Positions 8,887 through 17,876 of a stretch of 26,091 bases of DNA are shown here, in pieces. Source of the DNA: a virus. Taxonomy: Duplodnaviria > Caudoviricetes. The stretch is taken from the IMG/VR virus record IMGVR_UViG_3300042464_000002, positions 1 through 26,091 of that record; one strand, given 5' to 3'. Numbering within the stretch: position 1 is the first letter of the stretch; every line of letters starts with the position of its first letter. The notes under the pieces are model-generated. The model saw nothing but the letters and a program-made list of their open reading frames with translations. It had not been told where the DNA came from and did no database searches. The position numbers and the translations under genes were made by a program.

Positions 8887-11800
8887 TCACAAAAGTCCGT
8901 AGTTGACCATCTTGTAACCGTCAGGCCGCGTCAATACGGCCACCGGCAGCACCGTCTCCACTTCGTCGGCCATTACGCCGCGCTGGCGTTCGCCGCCAAT
9001 GTCGTACTCGTACACACCGATGCCGAGCGGGTGAGTACCGATACGCACGATGTTGGACTTTAGGCGGCGATCTGATGTGAACAACGCGCCAAATCCACCC
9101 GCCATGCCCGCTGCGCCTAATCCTGCGCCCATCAAACCATACAAACCGCTGGCGTTGCTGGCGGCTTGATTTGCGGCAATACCGTAACGTTGCATTGCGG
9201 CAGCGTCCTGCGCCTGCATGGCCTGCAGGTACGGAGTTGGGGCAACGGTTGAGCCGGTGTAGCCTTGGAACTGCGGCATTTGCACCTGTGAGCCTGACAA
9301 CAACGCGCTGATCTCGTTAAGCGGCTGGTTGCGCAATGCCATCTGTTGCGCCATCTGCTGTTGCACCGCTTGGTTTTGGAACCCTGCAGCACCGGCCAGT
9401 TGGTTGTACCGTTGCTGTTGTGCGGCGTTGGCTGCGGCTTGCTGCGTCAGCGCAGCCTGCTGGTTCTGCAGGATTGAAGCGTTGTACAGCCCTTGGATGT
9501 CCATGCCCTGACCAAACCGCTGCTGTTGTGCAGAGTTTGCGGCGGCCTGTTGCGCAAGCAATTGCTGATATGCCTGCATCCCCGCTTGGTTGCCAAATTC
9601 GGCTTGTGCGCCAGCCTGTTGGAACCCTTGTTGCTGGCGGGCAAGGTTGGCCTGATACGCCGCCAAAGCCTGCGCTTGATTTTGCGCAAGGGCTTGGTTC
9701 TGCATCTGCTGCGCCGTGACCTGTTGACCAAACTGCTGGTTTTGCGCAGCCATCTGCGCTTGGAACCGTTGTTGTGCAGCGGCTTGGTTCTGTGCCAACG
9801 CCTGATTTGCAAATTCGCCTGCGCCCATGCTCTGCGCAAACTGTTGCTGTTGGGCTTGGTTTGCCGCTTGCTGTTGTTGCAAGGCGGTTTGCTGGTTCTG
9901 CGCCAGTGCTTGATTAGCCGCTTGGGCCACTTGCTGCTGCTGACCAAATCCTTGCGCCTGTAGTGCGGCGTTGACCTGTGCCTGTTGTGCGGCAGCGCTT
10001 TGGTTCTGCGCAATCGCTTGGTTGGCAAGTTCCTGCGCCGTTACCTGTTGTCCAAAAGCCTGCTGGCCTGCCTGATTCTGCATCTGCGCAGCGGCCTGCG
10101 CCTGTGCAAAGTTTTGCGCAATGGCCTGATTCTGCGCTTGAGAGGCTTGCTGACCCATTCCAAACTGTGCAAGCAGAGCGTTACGGTCAAACTCACCGCC
10201 TGTAACTGCTTGACCAAACTGCTGCGCTTGAGCAGCGTTAGCAGCCTGCTGTGCAGCCAATCCCTGCTGGAAGTTCTGACCCACGGCCTGATTAGCGGCC
10301 TGTTGCGCTGCCTGACCTTGTGCAAAGTTTTGGGAAATAGCGCGGTTGATCGCATCCTGCGCGGCTTGTCCCGTTTGGAAGGACGCCATCTGTGCTTCAC
10401 GGCCAAACTGTTGCTGCGCCATCTGCTGCCCAAAGCCCTGCTGTTGGGCGGCGTTTTGGGCTTGTTGGGCGGCTAGCGCACGCTCAAAGTTCTGTTGTTG
10501 CGCTTGGTTTGTCGCCTGCTGCGCTTGTTGGCCCATACCGAACGATGCGATCTGCGCCTCACGGCCAAACTCACCGGCCTGCATCCGCTGCTGGAACGCT
10601 TGCTGCTGCGCCATGTTTTGCGCTGATTGCGCGGCAAGGCTCTGTTGGAAGTTTTGCGCAAGGGCTTCGTTGTAGAGGCCAAGACCCTGCGCACCCATGC
10701 CAAATTGAGATTGGGCGGCTTGGTTGGCAAAGTCGGCCAGCGTCTGCTGCTCGGCAAGCCCCTGCTGGCGCATCTGCGCGTCAAGGCTAATGCCCTGCAA
10801 TGCTGCTTGTGTGCGCAGATCGTTTTCGCGCTGTCCCTGCAACTCCATTTCAGCGTTGTAGGCTTCACCGCCCGGGCGTAAACCTTGGTTGACAAGGCGC
10901 TGCTCCAACTGCGCACGCTCACGCTGCAATTGCGGCTCAATGCGCGACATGATGGCGTTTTGCGCCGTCATCCCAGCGTTGACCGGCATCGCGGCCAGTC
11001 CTTGCGTGGCTAACTGCCGCTGCAGTTCTGGCGTTGCCAGTTCTCCGCGTGCGTAGCCAAATCGGCCTTCTTGCACGTTGCGGGCAACGTCGCCCACGCC
11101 TGAAAGGTTGATGTTTTCCTGCAACGTTGGCGCGGCAGGGCCGCCAATGGCGCGGCCAAACTGATCGTAAGACGGCGCTGCGCCAAGTTCACCGACGCGG
11201 CTGGCGTCAAACCCGCCAAACTGCATTGCGCCCGGGCCACCTGCTGCAAAGCCGTACAAGCCAGCGGCAGGGCCACCGCCCGCCGTACCGAACTGACCGG
11301 CACCGGGAGCGCCCGTAACGCCACCAACGCCGCCGAGGTTCAGTTGGCCGAGGTTTGCGGCCTGCGGGCCACCCGCTGCCATGCCAAACATCCCAGCCTG
11401 CGGGCCGCCAGTTGCTCCAAAGGGCGTCACATTGGCCCGTGCGCCGCCAAACTGGCCGAAATCAACCTGCCCCGGCAAACCCGCGCCAGCGGCCATACCG
11501 CCGGTTCCGGCCTGACCCATGCCGGTGATATTCGGTGCGCCTGAAACTTGCCCAAAACCGCCTAGATTGCCGTATGCGCTGCCTTGGCCGACGCCGTAAT
11601 AATCGGGCGTGCCAAAAGCCTGTACGTTTGACCCTGCAGCACCCGTAGTGCCAAATTCGCCCTGCAGGGCGGGGCCAGCAAACGACCGCGTAGGCGCATA
11701 GCCAGCGGCCGATGGAGCGCCCTCAATTGCGCCACCCGCTCCGGCCGCAACGCCGCCCGCTTGCCCGTAGGCGGCAAGGTTAGGAGCGGCGGTAGTGGTG

Positions 11801-12258
11801 CCGTAATCGCCATATCCCGTAAGGATCGGCGACAGCGAGGCTATAAAGTCTTGGTTGAGATATTGGGAAAGGTCACCAATTTCGCGCTGGCCGAGCGATG
11901 CCATCGCTTTTTCGGCTTGCTGCTGAATGTCAAAAATGTTTTTGGATTCGCCAACCAATTCCTGACGGACGGTTGGTTGTTCAATATAGGAGGTAAACGC
12001 TGCGCGGTCGGGTTCTGCAAGCCCCTCCACGCCTCTTGTTGATTGCGACCGAAATTCATCCATCGCCTTGTCGTAGGCGCTTTGGTTAAATTGCGGCGTT
12101 TTTTCCCACGATACCGTCTGACTCGCCGTTGGCGTGTAGACGTTGGGATTGGACATATAAGCCGACTGGCGTGCGGCCTCTACGTTTTCTTGCCCTTGCT
12201 GACGCGCTATTGCGGCGTAATCAGGCGTTGGCGGTGGCGCTGGTGATCTTTTGCCCAT
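8887..12258 (-). CDS. Large Gly/Gln/Ala-rich virion (pilot/ejection-like) protein with C-terminal S74-like chaperone domain
   Basis: 1123 aa; N-terminal SPAPPPTPDY; G/A/P-rich tract, central helical core, long Q/A tract; C-terminal SDRRLKSNI...GVMADEV...V...DGYKMVNY (8887..9075) is S74-like; follows the GNAT gene as the first ejection gene does in many podoviruses. Confidence 0.65.
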   Translation of the reverse strand: MGKRSPAPPPTPDYAAIARQQGQENVEAARQSAYMSNPNVYTPTASQTVSWEKTPQFNQSAYDKAMDEFRSQSTRGVEGLAEPDRAAFTSYIEQPTVRQELVGESKNIFDIQQQAEKAMASLGQREIGDLSQYLNQDFIASLSPILTGYGDYGTTTAAPNLAAYGQAGGVAAGAGGAIEGAPSAAGYAPTRSFAGPALQGEFGTTGAAGSNVQAFGTPDYYGVGQGSAYGNLGGFGQVSGAPNITGMGQAGTGGMAAGAGLPGQVDFGQFGGARANVTPFGATGGPQAGMFGMAAGGPQAANLGQLNLGGVGGVTGAPGAGQFGTAGGGPAAGLYGFAAGGPGAMQFGGFDASRVGELGAAPSYDQFGRAIGGPAAPTLQENINLSGVGDVARNVQEGRFGYARGELATPELQRQLATQGLAAMPVNAGMTAQNAIMSRIEPQLQRERAQLEQRLVNQGLRPGGEAYNAEMELQGQRENDLRTQAALQGISLDAQMRQQGLAEQQTLADFANQAAQSQFGMGAQGLGLYNEALAQNFQQSLAAQSAQNMAQQQAFQQRMQAGEFGREAQIASFGMGQQAQQATNQAQQQNFERALAAQQAQNAAQQQGFGQQMAQQQFGREAQMASFQTGQAAQDAINRAISQNFAQGQAAQQAANQAVGQNFQQGLAAQQAANAAQAQQFGQAVTGGEFDRNALLAQFGMGQQASQAQNQAIAQNFAQAQAAAQMQNQAGQQAFGQQVTAQELANQAIAQNQSAAAQQAQVNAALQAQGFGQQQQVAQAANQALAQNQQTALQQQQAANQAQQQQFAQSMGAGEFANQALAQNQAAAQQRFQAQMAAQNQQFGQQVTAQQMQNQALAQNQAQALAAYQANLARQQQGFQQAGAQAEFGNQAGMQAYQQLLAQQAAANSAQQQRFGQGMDIQGLYNASILQNQQAALTQQAAANAAQQQRYNQLAGAAGFQNQAVQQQMAQQMALRNQPLNEISALLSGSQVQMPQFQGYTGSTVAPTPYLQAMQAQDAAAMQRYGIAANQAASNASGLYGLMGAGLGAAGMAGGFGALFTSDRRLKSNIVRIGTHPLGIGVYEYDIGGERQRGVMADEVETVLPVAVLTRPDGYKMVNYGLL
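9330..10790 (-). repeat. Gln/Ala-rich imperfect coding repeats (ANQA.AQNF.Q.. / QQFGQ units)
   Basis: About 480 codons dominated by Q and A with recurrent NQA(L/I)AQN and QQ(Q/G)FGQ motifs. Confidence 0.8.
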
Positions 12259-12664
12259 ACCGAGGCTCCAAATATCGACACTTGTTAGGTGTCTGTGTCA
12301 TCAAAACAATGTCCCCAGAGTCATGCGCGGCACCTTTAATCCGCGCTTCCTCCGAAAACCCCATCTTGCTGACCAATGCTAGCGCCCGGGTATGGTTGCT
12401 GTTGATTGGCCCTATAATCTTATCAACTTTTGCGACGTTGTAGGGATAGTCGTACACCGCCGCTAAATACGCGGGGGTAACGTGCTGCCAAACGATGTGG
12501 CACATCACGCTAACCCCGTTCCAATTCTCGTAAACCGTCCCAGCGACCAATTCGCCGTCACGCTCTAACCCAATGGCAACCGACCGCTGCGGGTCAAACC
12601 CGCCCTGCGTCTGCTCGGTTACCCATAGGCCCACCCGGGGGCCGTTAACTATATTCCAGCCCAT
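12221..12664 (-). CDS. GNAT-family acetyltransferase-like virion assembly protein
   Basis: 147 aa; N.RALALVSKMGFSEEARI matches the GNAT C-terminal motif (N..a..l..klGF..Eg); sits between nozzle and ejection genes, as T7 gp13 / P22 gp14 do. Confidence 0.7.
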   Translation of the reverse strand: MGWNIVNGPRVGLWVTEQTQGGFDPQRSVAIGLERDGELVAGTVYENWNGVSVMCHIVWQHVTPAYLAAVYDYPYNVAKVDKIIGPINSNHTRALALVSKMGFSEEARIKGAAHDSGDIVLMTQTPNKCRYLEPRYGQKITSATANA

Positions 12665-14214
12665 CCGATCTGATACACCACGTCAGTTGAGGCCCACTGA
12701 ATCTGCAGATTTTTGCTGCTGCTAGTGAACGAAATGGCTCCCGAATAACCTAAACCCGTCACGCCAGATTGGTTGTTCGTGATGACGACATCCGAACCCC
12801 AAAGCGCAACGTCCCATAACCCGATATCCCATAGCCCTGCAGTGGTGGGCGAGAACGACAGCGCACCCGTCTGGTCAACCGTCTGAAAGTCTGTGTTAAT
12901 GCCAATGACAATCTGTGGCTGGCCGTTGCTAAAGATGCTGGGTCGTGCGCGGGTAAAATACTTAATGACGCCTCGCGTTTCAAAGTAGTTGAACGCCTGC
13001 AGAGCCTTGGTTGGAATCGGCTCTCCGTCGTCCATGTAGCCGCTGTCACCCGTTGTCCACGCCCTCGCAACGTAGGTATTGCCGCCAAAATACGGTTCGC
13101 TGCCTACTAGCGCCCACGAACTTGCGTTCCAACCCGTAAAGTTGCACCACGCCTTTGTGATGTTGTTCATCACAAACTGTTGCTGCCCAGTGCTGACCGG
13201 AACATTGACGATTAGGGCGTTGTTTAACGGGTTGTAAAGCAACGCCCAGCCAAATGTGTCCTTGTAAGTGCGTGCCGCTGCAGCAAACGCGCCCTGTATC
13301 TTGTCCGACAGCGCAATGTTGGGGTCGAGGCGCGAGGATTGCAGCGCAGAAGCAAACGGGATAAGCCCGTCGAGCGTCAGAATAAGCAAATCGCCGCCGT
13401 ATTTGGTTACGCACCTGCGGCTAATTGGCTGGCCGATGATCCACACGCCGATCAACGACCATGTAGACGCGCTGGTGGGATCGGTGCCGCGATATACGGC
13501 CACCTCGCCCTTGTCGCTTATCAGCACAAGGTTGTCGTCTACGCCATAGCCCGCGTCAATCGTCCACGTCGCCATCGCCGTAAGTTTGCCGCCCAAATGC
13601 ATGACGCTGGACAGGTCAAGGACGTTGGCCGCGCCGCCCACAGACGCCACCGGCAAATACCACGCCTTGAGCGTGTTTTTTTGAATAAACCACACCCTGT
13701 TTTTAAACAGCGTGGGGCTTTCTAAATCGGTGGTGGTTACGCCCGTAATGGCGGGCGTAGATGCGGCATCAATCGGCGTCCATGTCGTGCCGTTATACAG
13801 CAGCGGCTTGTCCACGCCGTTTGCCGCGTAAAGATAACTGCCACCGCCCGTGGTGACGTTAGTGTATTCCCATGCGGAGTTAGACAGGCTGGCAACTAGT
13901 GCCGATCCTGCCGTACCTGCCGAAGTGACGTCGTAGATGTTACCCGTGGATATGGCAAACAACTTGATGGTGCTGCCAGCGTTGTACGTCATCAACGTAT
14001 CAACGGTGCCCGGCAATCCTGTCTTATGCTTGGCAAATCCGCCTCGCAAATTGACGTTGCTGACGCTTGGAAACATATTTTCCAAGTACACGGCGTCGGT
14101 CGGTGCCATGTTTGCCAGTGCGTCCCGAGCGTTCCAACCGCCCACCGGGGCAGGCAACGACGCAACGTTTGCCGTCGTGCGCTGGACTAGCCGCCTGCGT
14201 ACCGGACTAGCCAT
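12649..14214 (-). CDS. Tail nozzle / packaged-DNA stabilisation protein (P22 gp10 / tubular protein B-like)
   Basis: 521 aa beta-rich; N-terminal PAPVGGWNARD...A..LEN.FP, FKNRVWF, C-terminal W-D-x-x-x-W-D repeats; follows the adaptor gene. Confidence 0.75.
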   Translation of the reverse strand: MASPVRRRLVQRTTANVASLPAPVGGWNARDALANMAPTDAVYLENMFPSVSNVNLRGGFAKHKTGLPGTVDTLMTYNAGSTIKLFAISTGNIYDVTSAGTAGSALVASLSNSAWEYTNVTTGGGSYLYAANGVDKPLLYNGTTWTPIDAASTPAITGVTTTDLESPTLFKNRVWFIQKNTLKAWYLPVASVGGAANVLDLSSVMHLGGKLTAMATWTIDAGYGVDDNLVLISDKGEVAVYRGTDPTSASTWSLIGVWIIGQPISRRCVTKYGGDLLILTLDGLIPFASALQSSRLDPNIALSDKIQGAFAAAARTYKDTFGWALLYNPLNNALIVNVPVSTGQQQFVMNNITKAWCNFTGWNASSWALVGSEPYFGGNTYVARAWTTGDSGYMDDGEPIPTKALQAFNYFETRGVIKYFTRARPSIFSNGQPQIVIGINTDFQTVDQTGALSFSPTTAGLWDIGLWDVALWGSDVVITNNQSGVTGLGYSGAISFTSSSKNLQIQWASTDVVYQIGWAGI

Positions 14215-15128
14215 TACTGACTATCCGTGCCGTAACCGCTATCGGGGATGTTGTCGTACCCAATCAGTACGGTTCCCGGTCGCGGGGCAAACGAGAGGTT
14301 GGCGGCGGCTACGTCTTGACCGATGGCGGTTTCCAGTTCTGCAAGGTAATCGCGGTACAGCGCCGTAGTGTCAAAGCCCTTGGCCTCAAAATACTTTAGT
14401 TTGGTACCCAGAACCATCACGCGGTCGGGATACACGCAGGTATCGGTGTCGGAGGTAAAACTGTTTTTTGGCACGCCGAGGGCGTTGTAGGCCCATGCGT
14501 TGCTGCGGTACTCAAACCCAAGCAACTCGCCTGCGTTCATGCCCGGCCAAATCTGGAAATACGGCCCAAGCAATCGCCAGCGGATGCGGGGGCCGGTGCT
14601 GATATAGCCCGACAGCAGCCATTCCCATTGCTGTGCGCTTTCGGGGCCGAGCATCTCCCAACGCTTGCTCTTGTCCCAATGCGTGCGGTTTACGGTGCTG
14701 TTGTAGTCGGTCGGGAGGTTGTATTTGACCTTTTGAAATATTAACTGCCCATTAACTTGAGCCTCGGTTGGGGCGTAGTTAACCGTTAGCGTTGTCGTGC
14801 CGGTGACGGCGGTGACGTAGGTAGCGTTAGGGATACCAACGCCCTGCACCTGATAGGTCGTGTCCAGCCCTGCCGTCGTTGGGATGCCGGTGATCGTATA
14901 CGACGACGTTGACCATGTGCCAGTTGTCGTGATCGCCTCGGTATAGAACGTGTGCTGTTTGGTCAATTCACGCCAATCAGCACGACGGAGCAATTCATAG
15001 CCGCAAGCGTTCATCAACGCAAGTATTTGGATAACGTCTTGGCTGGCGTTACCTGCGACCGTGGAAGGAGTCGGGATACCCAACTCGTTTGTGCATTGCT
15101 GCACCAATTGCACCATCGTGCTGCCCAT
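14214..15128 (-). CDS. Head-tail adaptor (P22 gp4 / tubular protein A-like) with Thr-rich insertion
   Basis: 304 aa; helical N-terminus (LVQQCTNELG...LMNACGYELL...W.EL), Y.LP.DY motif, helical C-terminus; directly upstream of the nozzle gene. Confidence 0.7.
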   Translation of the reverse strand: MGSTMVQLVQQCTNELGIPTPSTVAGNASQDVIQILALMNACGYELLRRADWRELTKQHTFYTEAITTTGTWSTSSYTITGIPTTAGLDTTYQVQGVGIPNATYVTAVTGTTTLTVNYAPTEAQVNGQLIFQKVKYNLPTDYNSTVNRTHWDKSKRWEMLGPESAQQWEWLLSGYISTGPRIRWRLLGPYFQIWPGMNAGELLGFEYRSNAWAYNALGVPKNSFTSDTDTCVYPDRVMVLGTKLKYFEAKGFDTTALYRDYLAELETAIGQDVAAANLSFAPRPGTVLIGYDNIPDSGYGTDSQ

Positions 15129-15129
15129 A

Positions 15130-15678
15130 CTATTCCTCCGCTATTTCTTTAGGCGGTCGTCCACGACGCTTGGGAGAGTCTCCCAACAACTGCGCCATCT
15201 GCGACTGCAGTTCGGCCAATTGCTTTTTAGTATCTTCCAACTCTGCGCTTGCGTCTGACCGATTTTTACGATTAAGGTACTGGCGGGCGCGTTCACGCAA
15301 GCCCACGCCACCCATCCCGATGCGTTGCAACTGCGCGTCTGACGCCAACGCCAACTGCTCCACCGTCACAAACTTTAGGATTGCCAACTCGGCAATTTGA
15401 TCACGGTTAATTTCCTCGGCAGCATCCTTATGCCAATGCGACAGCGGGGTGCCAATCTGCTCTGCGGCGCTCTCGCCCTGCTGCATTTGGTAATACAGCC
15501 ATTGGCGCGGGAAACGCTCCTTGTGGTCGTCACGGCACGGTTGGTCGATGATGTTGGTCTTATCGCCGGGGGCCATGATACGAACATAGGTTTTGCCCTC
15601 ATTTACGCCAGAGTCTTTGGTGTAGAACTCAACGTGCAATTGGGCGTCGGCATTGTTTACATCGCTGTCTAACGGCAT
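15130..15678 (-). CDS. Hypothetical phage protein (182 aa; start reassigned to ATG 15678)
   Basis: AGGAG/AAGGA upstream of MPLDSD...; TVEQLA.ASD.QL..IGMG segment, C-terminal coiled coil and KRRGRPPK (AT-hook-like). Confidence 0.7.
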   Translation of the reverse strand: MPLDSDVNNADAQLHVEFYTKDSGVNEGKTYVRIMAPGDKTNIIDQPCRDDHKERFPRQWLYYQMQQGESAAEQIGTPLSHWHKDAAEEINRDQIAELAILKFVTVEQLALASDAQLQRIGMGGVGLRERARQYLNRKNRSDASAELEDTKKQLAELQSQMAQLLGDSPKRRGRPPKEIAEE

Positions 15679-15698
15679 TGTCCTTGCTCCTGTGGGGA

Positions 15699-16526
15699 TT
15701 ACAGGTTGTTGACCTGTGTTACGGTACAAATTACAGAGGGGATTGCGGGATAAACGCTTGTGGCGCTTGCCGCAAGTAAAACAACGTCTGCGTCATTACT
15801 CTCCCACATCAATTCTACATAATTGGTGGGTTCAAGTTGGATAACAAAATTCCATGCCGCAACCAATTCGGCTGCGGTGCCTTGGATAACTACTCGGCTA
15901 GTTGTGTTTGATACGTTAACGCCGTTTTTGCGTAGCCAAATATGGATAACTGCCGCTGCGCCAGAGGTTTTATCTAACTGCGCTGAAAACTGGACGTTGT
16001 AGACGCCTTGATTGTCCACCACGATGCGCGACGTAGGCGAACCAATGCTGACCCCGTTTGCTGCGTCTGTCGTGTTAAACGTCATCGCGTAAGCGGTGTT
16101 GATGGACGCAATGGTTTGTAAAGTAGTGTCCGAAAACGCACCGTAGTGCAGGATCGGAACTGCGCCGTTAAACCCTTGCAGTTCTTCCCACGCGCTGTTG
16201 CTGATGGCAAAAAATACCGCTGCGCAGTTTTTGTTAATCGTTGCAGCCGTTGTGGCGTTGAGTGTGGACGTTGCTTCATACGGGTACACCGTCAGCGCGT
16301 TTGCACCCGAGTTAGTTATCCATATCAACTCGCCCATTTCGGTCGGCGGCAGTTTGACGCCAGCGCCCGAGGGGGTAGTAGTCACATTATTGTAGACGTA
16401 GGTGATAGCCGTGGCGTTGCCAACCGATGTGCCCGCAGCCACGACCGAGGCGTTGCCGTCACCACAGATGGACACCGTGGATAACTGCGAGACGCCCGAG
16501 CCAAGTACACGGGACGGGATTGCCAT
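15699..16526 (-). CDS. Putative virion structural protein, two beta-rich domains
   Basis: 275 aa; C-terminal half (YGAFSDTT.Q...GVYNVQFSAQL...IWLRKNG...NYVELMW) resembles a TNF/C1q-like jelly-roll; TAATG coupling to the upstream gene. Confidence 0.6.
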   Translation of the reverse strand: MAIPSRVLGSGVSQLSTVSICGDGNASVVAAGTSVGNATAITYVYNNVTTTPSGAGVKLPPTEMGELIWITNSGANALTVYPYEATSTLNATTAATINKNCAAVFFAISNSAWEELQGFNGAVPILHYGAFSDTTLQTIASINTAYAMTFNTTDAANGVSIGSPTSRIVVDNQGVYNVQFSAQLDKTSGAAAVIHIWLRKNGVNVSNTTSRVVIQGTAAELVAAWNFVIQLEPTNYVELMWESNDADVVLLAASATSVYPAIPSVICTVTQVNNL

Positions 16527-17302
16527 TATGCTGCCTGTGCCGTATCCCGACGGCAGCGCATGATCTCTGCAATCAGCCCCGACCCAATTACCTCAATCTT
16601 GAGGTCGGGCATCACTTCAAACAGTTTCTGGAATTCGTTGGCCTGTTGGGCCATTGCGGCGTTGGCGTTAAATTTCTTGCCTGTAGGGCCGCCCACCCAG
16701 ATATCCACCGTGACGCCCGGCAGTTCGCCGGTAAACCGCTTGCGGCCGTCTGGGCTGTTGCATGAGTCGTACCCGTACAGCACAAACTTGCGGAAGCCCA
16801 TGATGTAGCCAATGTTGATGGCCCGTAGGCCCGAGGTCGTGCCCCCGCCAATGGCGAGTTTGCCCGGCCCCATCGCTTCCATTTCCGGCCCCTCTGCCCA
16901 CGAGTGCCACAGCATCACGCGCTTGCCTTGCAGGAAGTCAAACGTGACAGGGGGGCAGCGCGAGGCGACCATATACAGCGTGCGGTCATTCTTGCGCTGT
17001 ATCCCGTTGGTGCGGTCGCGGGGGTCAAGGTTAACCCAGAAATCCGGCTCTACGCCGTTTTCGCACAAGAAGTCGTGCGCACTTTTTACCGCACCGATTA
17101 CATGACCGGCGGCGCGGTGCGCCTTGATGTCGTCAATGTAGTCCGGCATAGACCACCCGCTCGCCACCAGCACCATGGTTGCATCGTGCGTGATGGGAGC
17201 GAGGGTCAGTTCTGGTAGACCACGGGCAAGGGCAGACCGTATGTTGGAACAAAGTTCCTCCGGCGTGCCCGCCGCCTGCACCGTGATCTCCAGAGGCTTC
17301 AT
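16526..17302 (-). CDS. DUF115 / Maf (motility-associated factor) / MptE-like protein, putative glycosyltransferase
   Basis: 258 aa; LVASGWSM (cf. I.g.GPSL), AVKSAHDFL.ENGVEPDFWVNLDP, GGGTTSGLRAINIGYIMGFRKFVLYGYDSC match the DUF115/MAF_flag10 motif order from recall. Confidence 0.75.
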   Translation of the reverse strand: MKPLEITVQAAGTPEELCSNIRSALARGLPELTLAPITHDATMVLVASGWSMPDYIDDIKAHRAAGHVIGAVKSAHDFLCENGVEPDFWVNLDPRDRTNGIQRKNDRTLYMVASRCPPVTFDFLQGKRVMLWHSWAEGPEMEAMGPGKLAIGGGTTSGLRAINIGYIMGFRKFVLYGYDSCNSPDGRKRFTGELPGVTVDIWVGGPTGKKFNANAAMAQQANEFQKLFEVMPDLKIEVIGSGLIAEIMRCRRDTAQAA

Positions 17303-17787
17303 CAGACTGCGCCGCCTGCGCCCGTGACGTGCGGGTAGCCCGCCACACAGGTGATTGCGGTTGCGCCCGATGCCGTGGCGGTTGCCACGATGCCAGCCAC
17401 AAGGCCGACGCCGTTGCCTGACACGGTGGCGTCATCCAGCACGCCCGCAGTCGCCGTCGTAAAGAGCGGCACGTTGGGGGCGCAAGAAGCAGCCAACTTC
17501 ACGACCGGCACGCCGCCCGTCTGCACCCAGCCATACGAGCCGGAGGCAATGGACACCTGTGCGAAACCGACGCGCTTGGAGGTCGCGGCGTTGGTCGTGG
17601 TAAGCATCACGGCGGTGTTGTTTGACAGCACGGCAACCGCAGCGTACTGCGAAATTTCCGATGCAGCCTTCACATACACAGCCTGTCCACCATCGTCAAG
17701 GTTGACGGCCGTTCCGAGGTTGAACGATGCAGACGTATCGGCATAGCCGAGTGACACGCCAATCAAATTACTTGTTGAAACAGTCAT
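17302..17787 (-). CDS. Capsid decoration/cement protein (putative)
   Basis: 161 aa Ala/Val/Gly/Thr-rich; immediately downstream of MCP exon 2; AGGGG RBS; YV.A...GFAQ..IASGSYGWVQT.G pattern typical of beta-tulip decoration proteins. Confidence 0.65.
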   Translation of the reverse strand: MTVSTSNLIGVSLGYADTSASFNLGTAVNLDDGGQAVYVKAASEISQYAAVAVLSNNTAVMLTTTNAATSKRVGFAQVSIASGSYGWVQTGGVPVVKLAASCAPNVPLFTTATAGVLDDATVSGNGVGLVAGIVATATASGATAITCVAGYPHVTGAGGAV

Positions 17788-17801
17788 TGTCGTGTACCCC
17801 T

Positions 17802-17876
17802 TTAAGCAATCAACACGCCTTGGAACTGGCTGCCCGAGCAGGTCAAGTTACCTGCCCAGCCAATCAGTTTCACAAT
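17802..17876 (-). CDS. Major capsid protein, exon 2 (IVKLIGWAGNLTCSGSQFQGVLIA*)
   Basis: 75 nt in the same frame as exon 1, directly after the intron's terminal G (17877); ends TAA at 17802-17804 followed by the RBS of the next gene; reads like a typical HK97-fold MCP C-terminal strand. Confidence 0.9.
   Translation of the reverse strand: MVKLIGWAGNLTCSGSQFQGVLIA

Noticed and set aside
8887-12258. Tape measure protein
   Set aside because: No tail tube, sheath or tail chaperone genes; context (adaptor, nozzle, GNAT) is podovirus-like and the protein ends in an S74-like domain.
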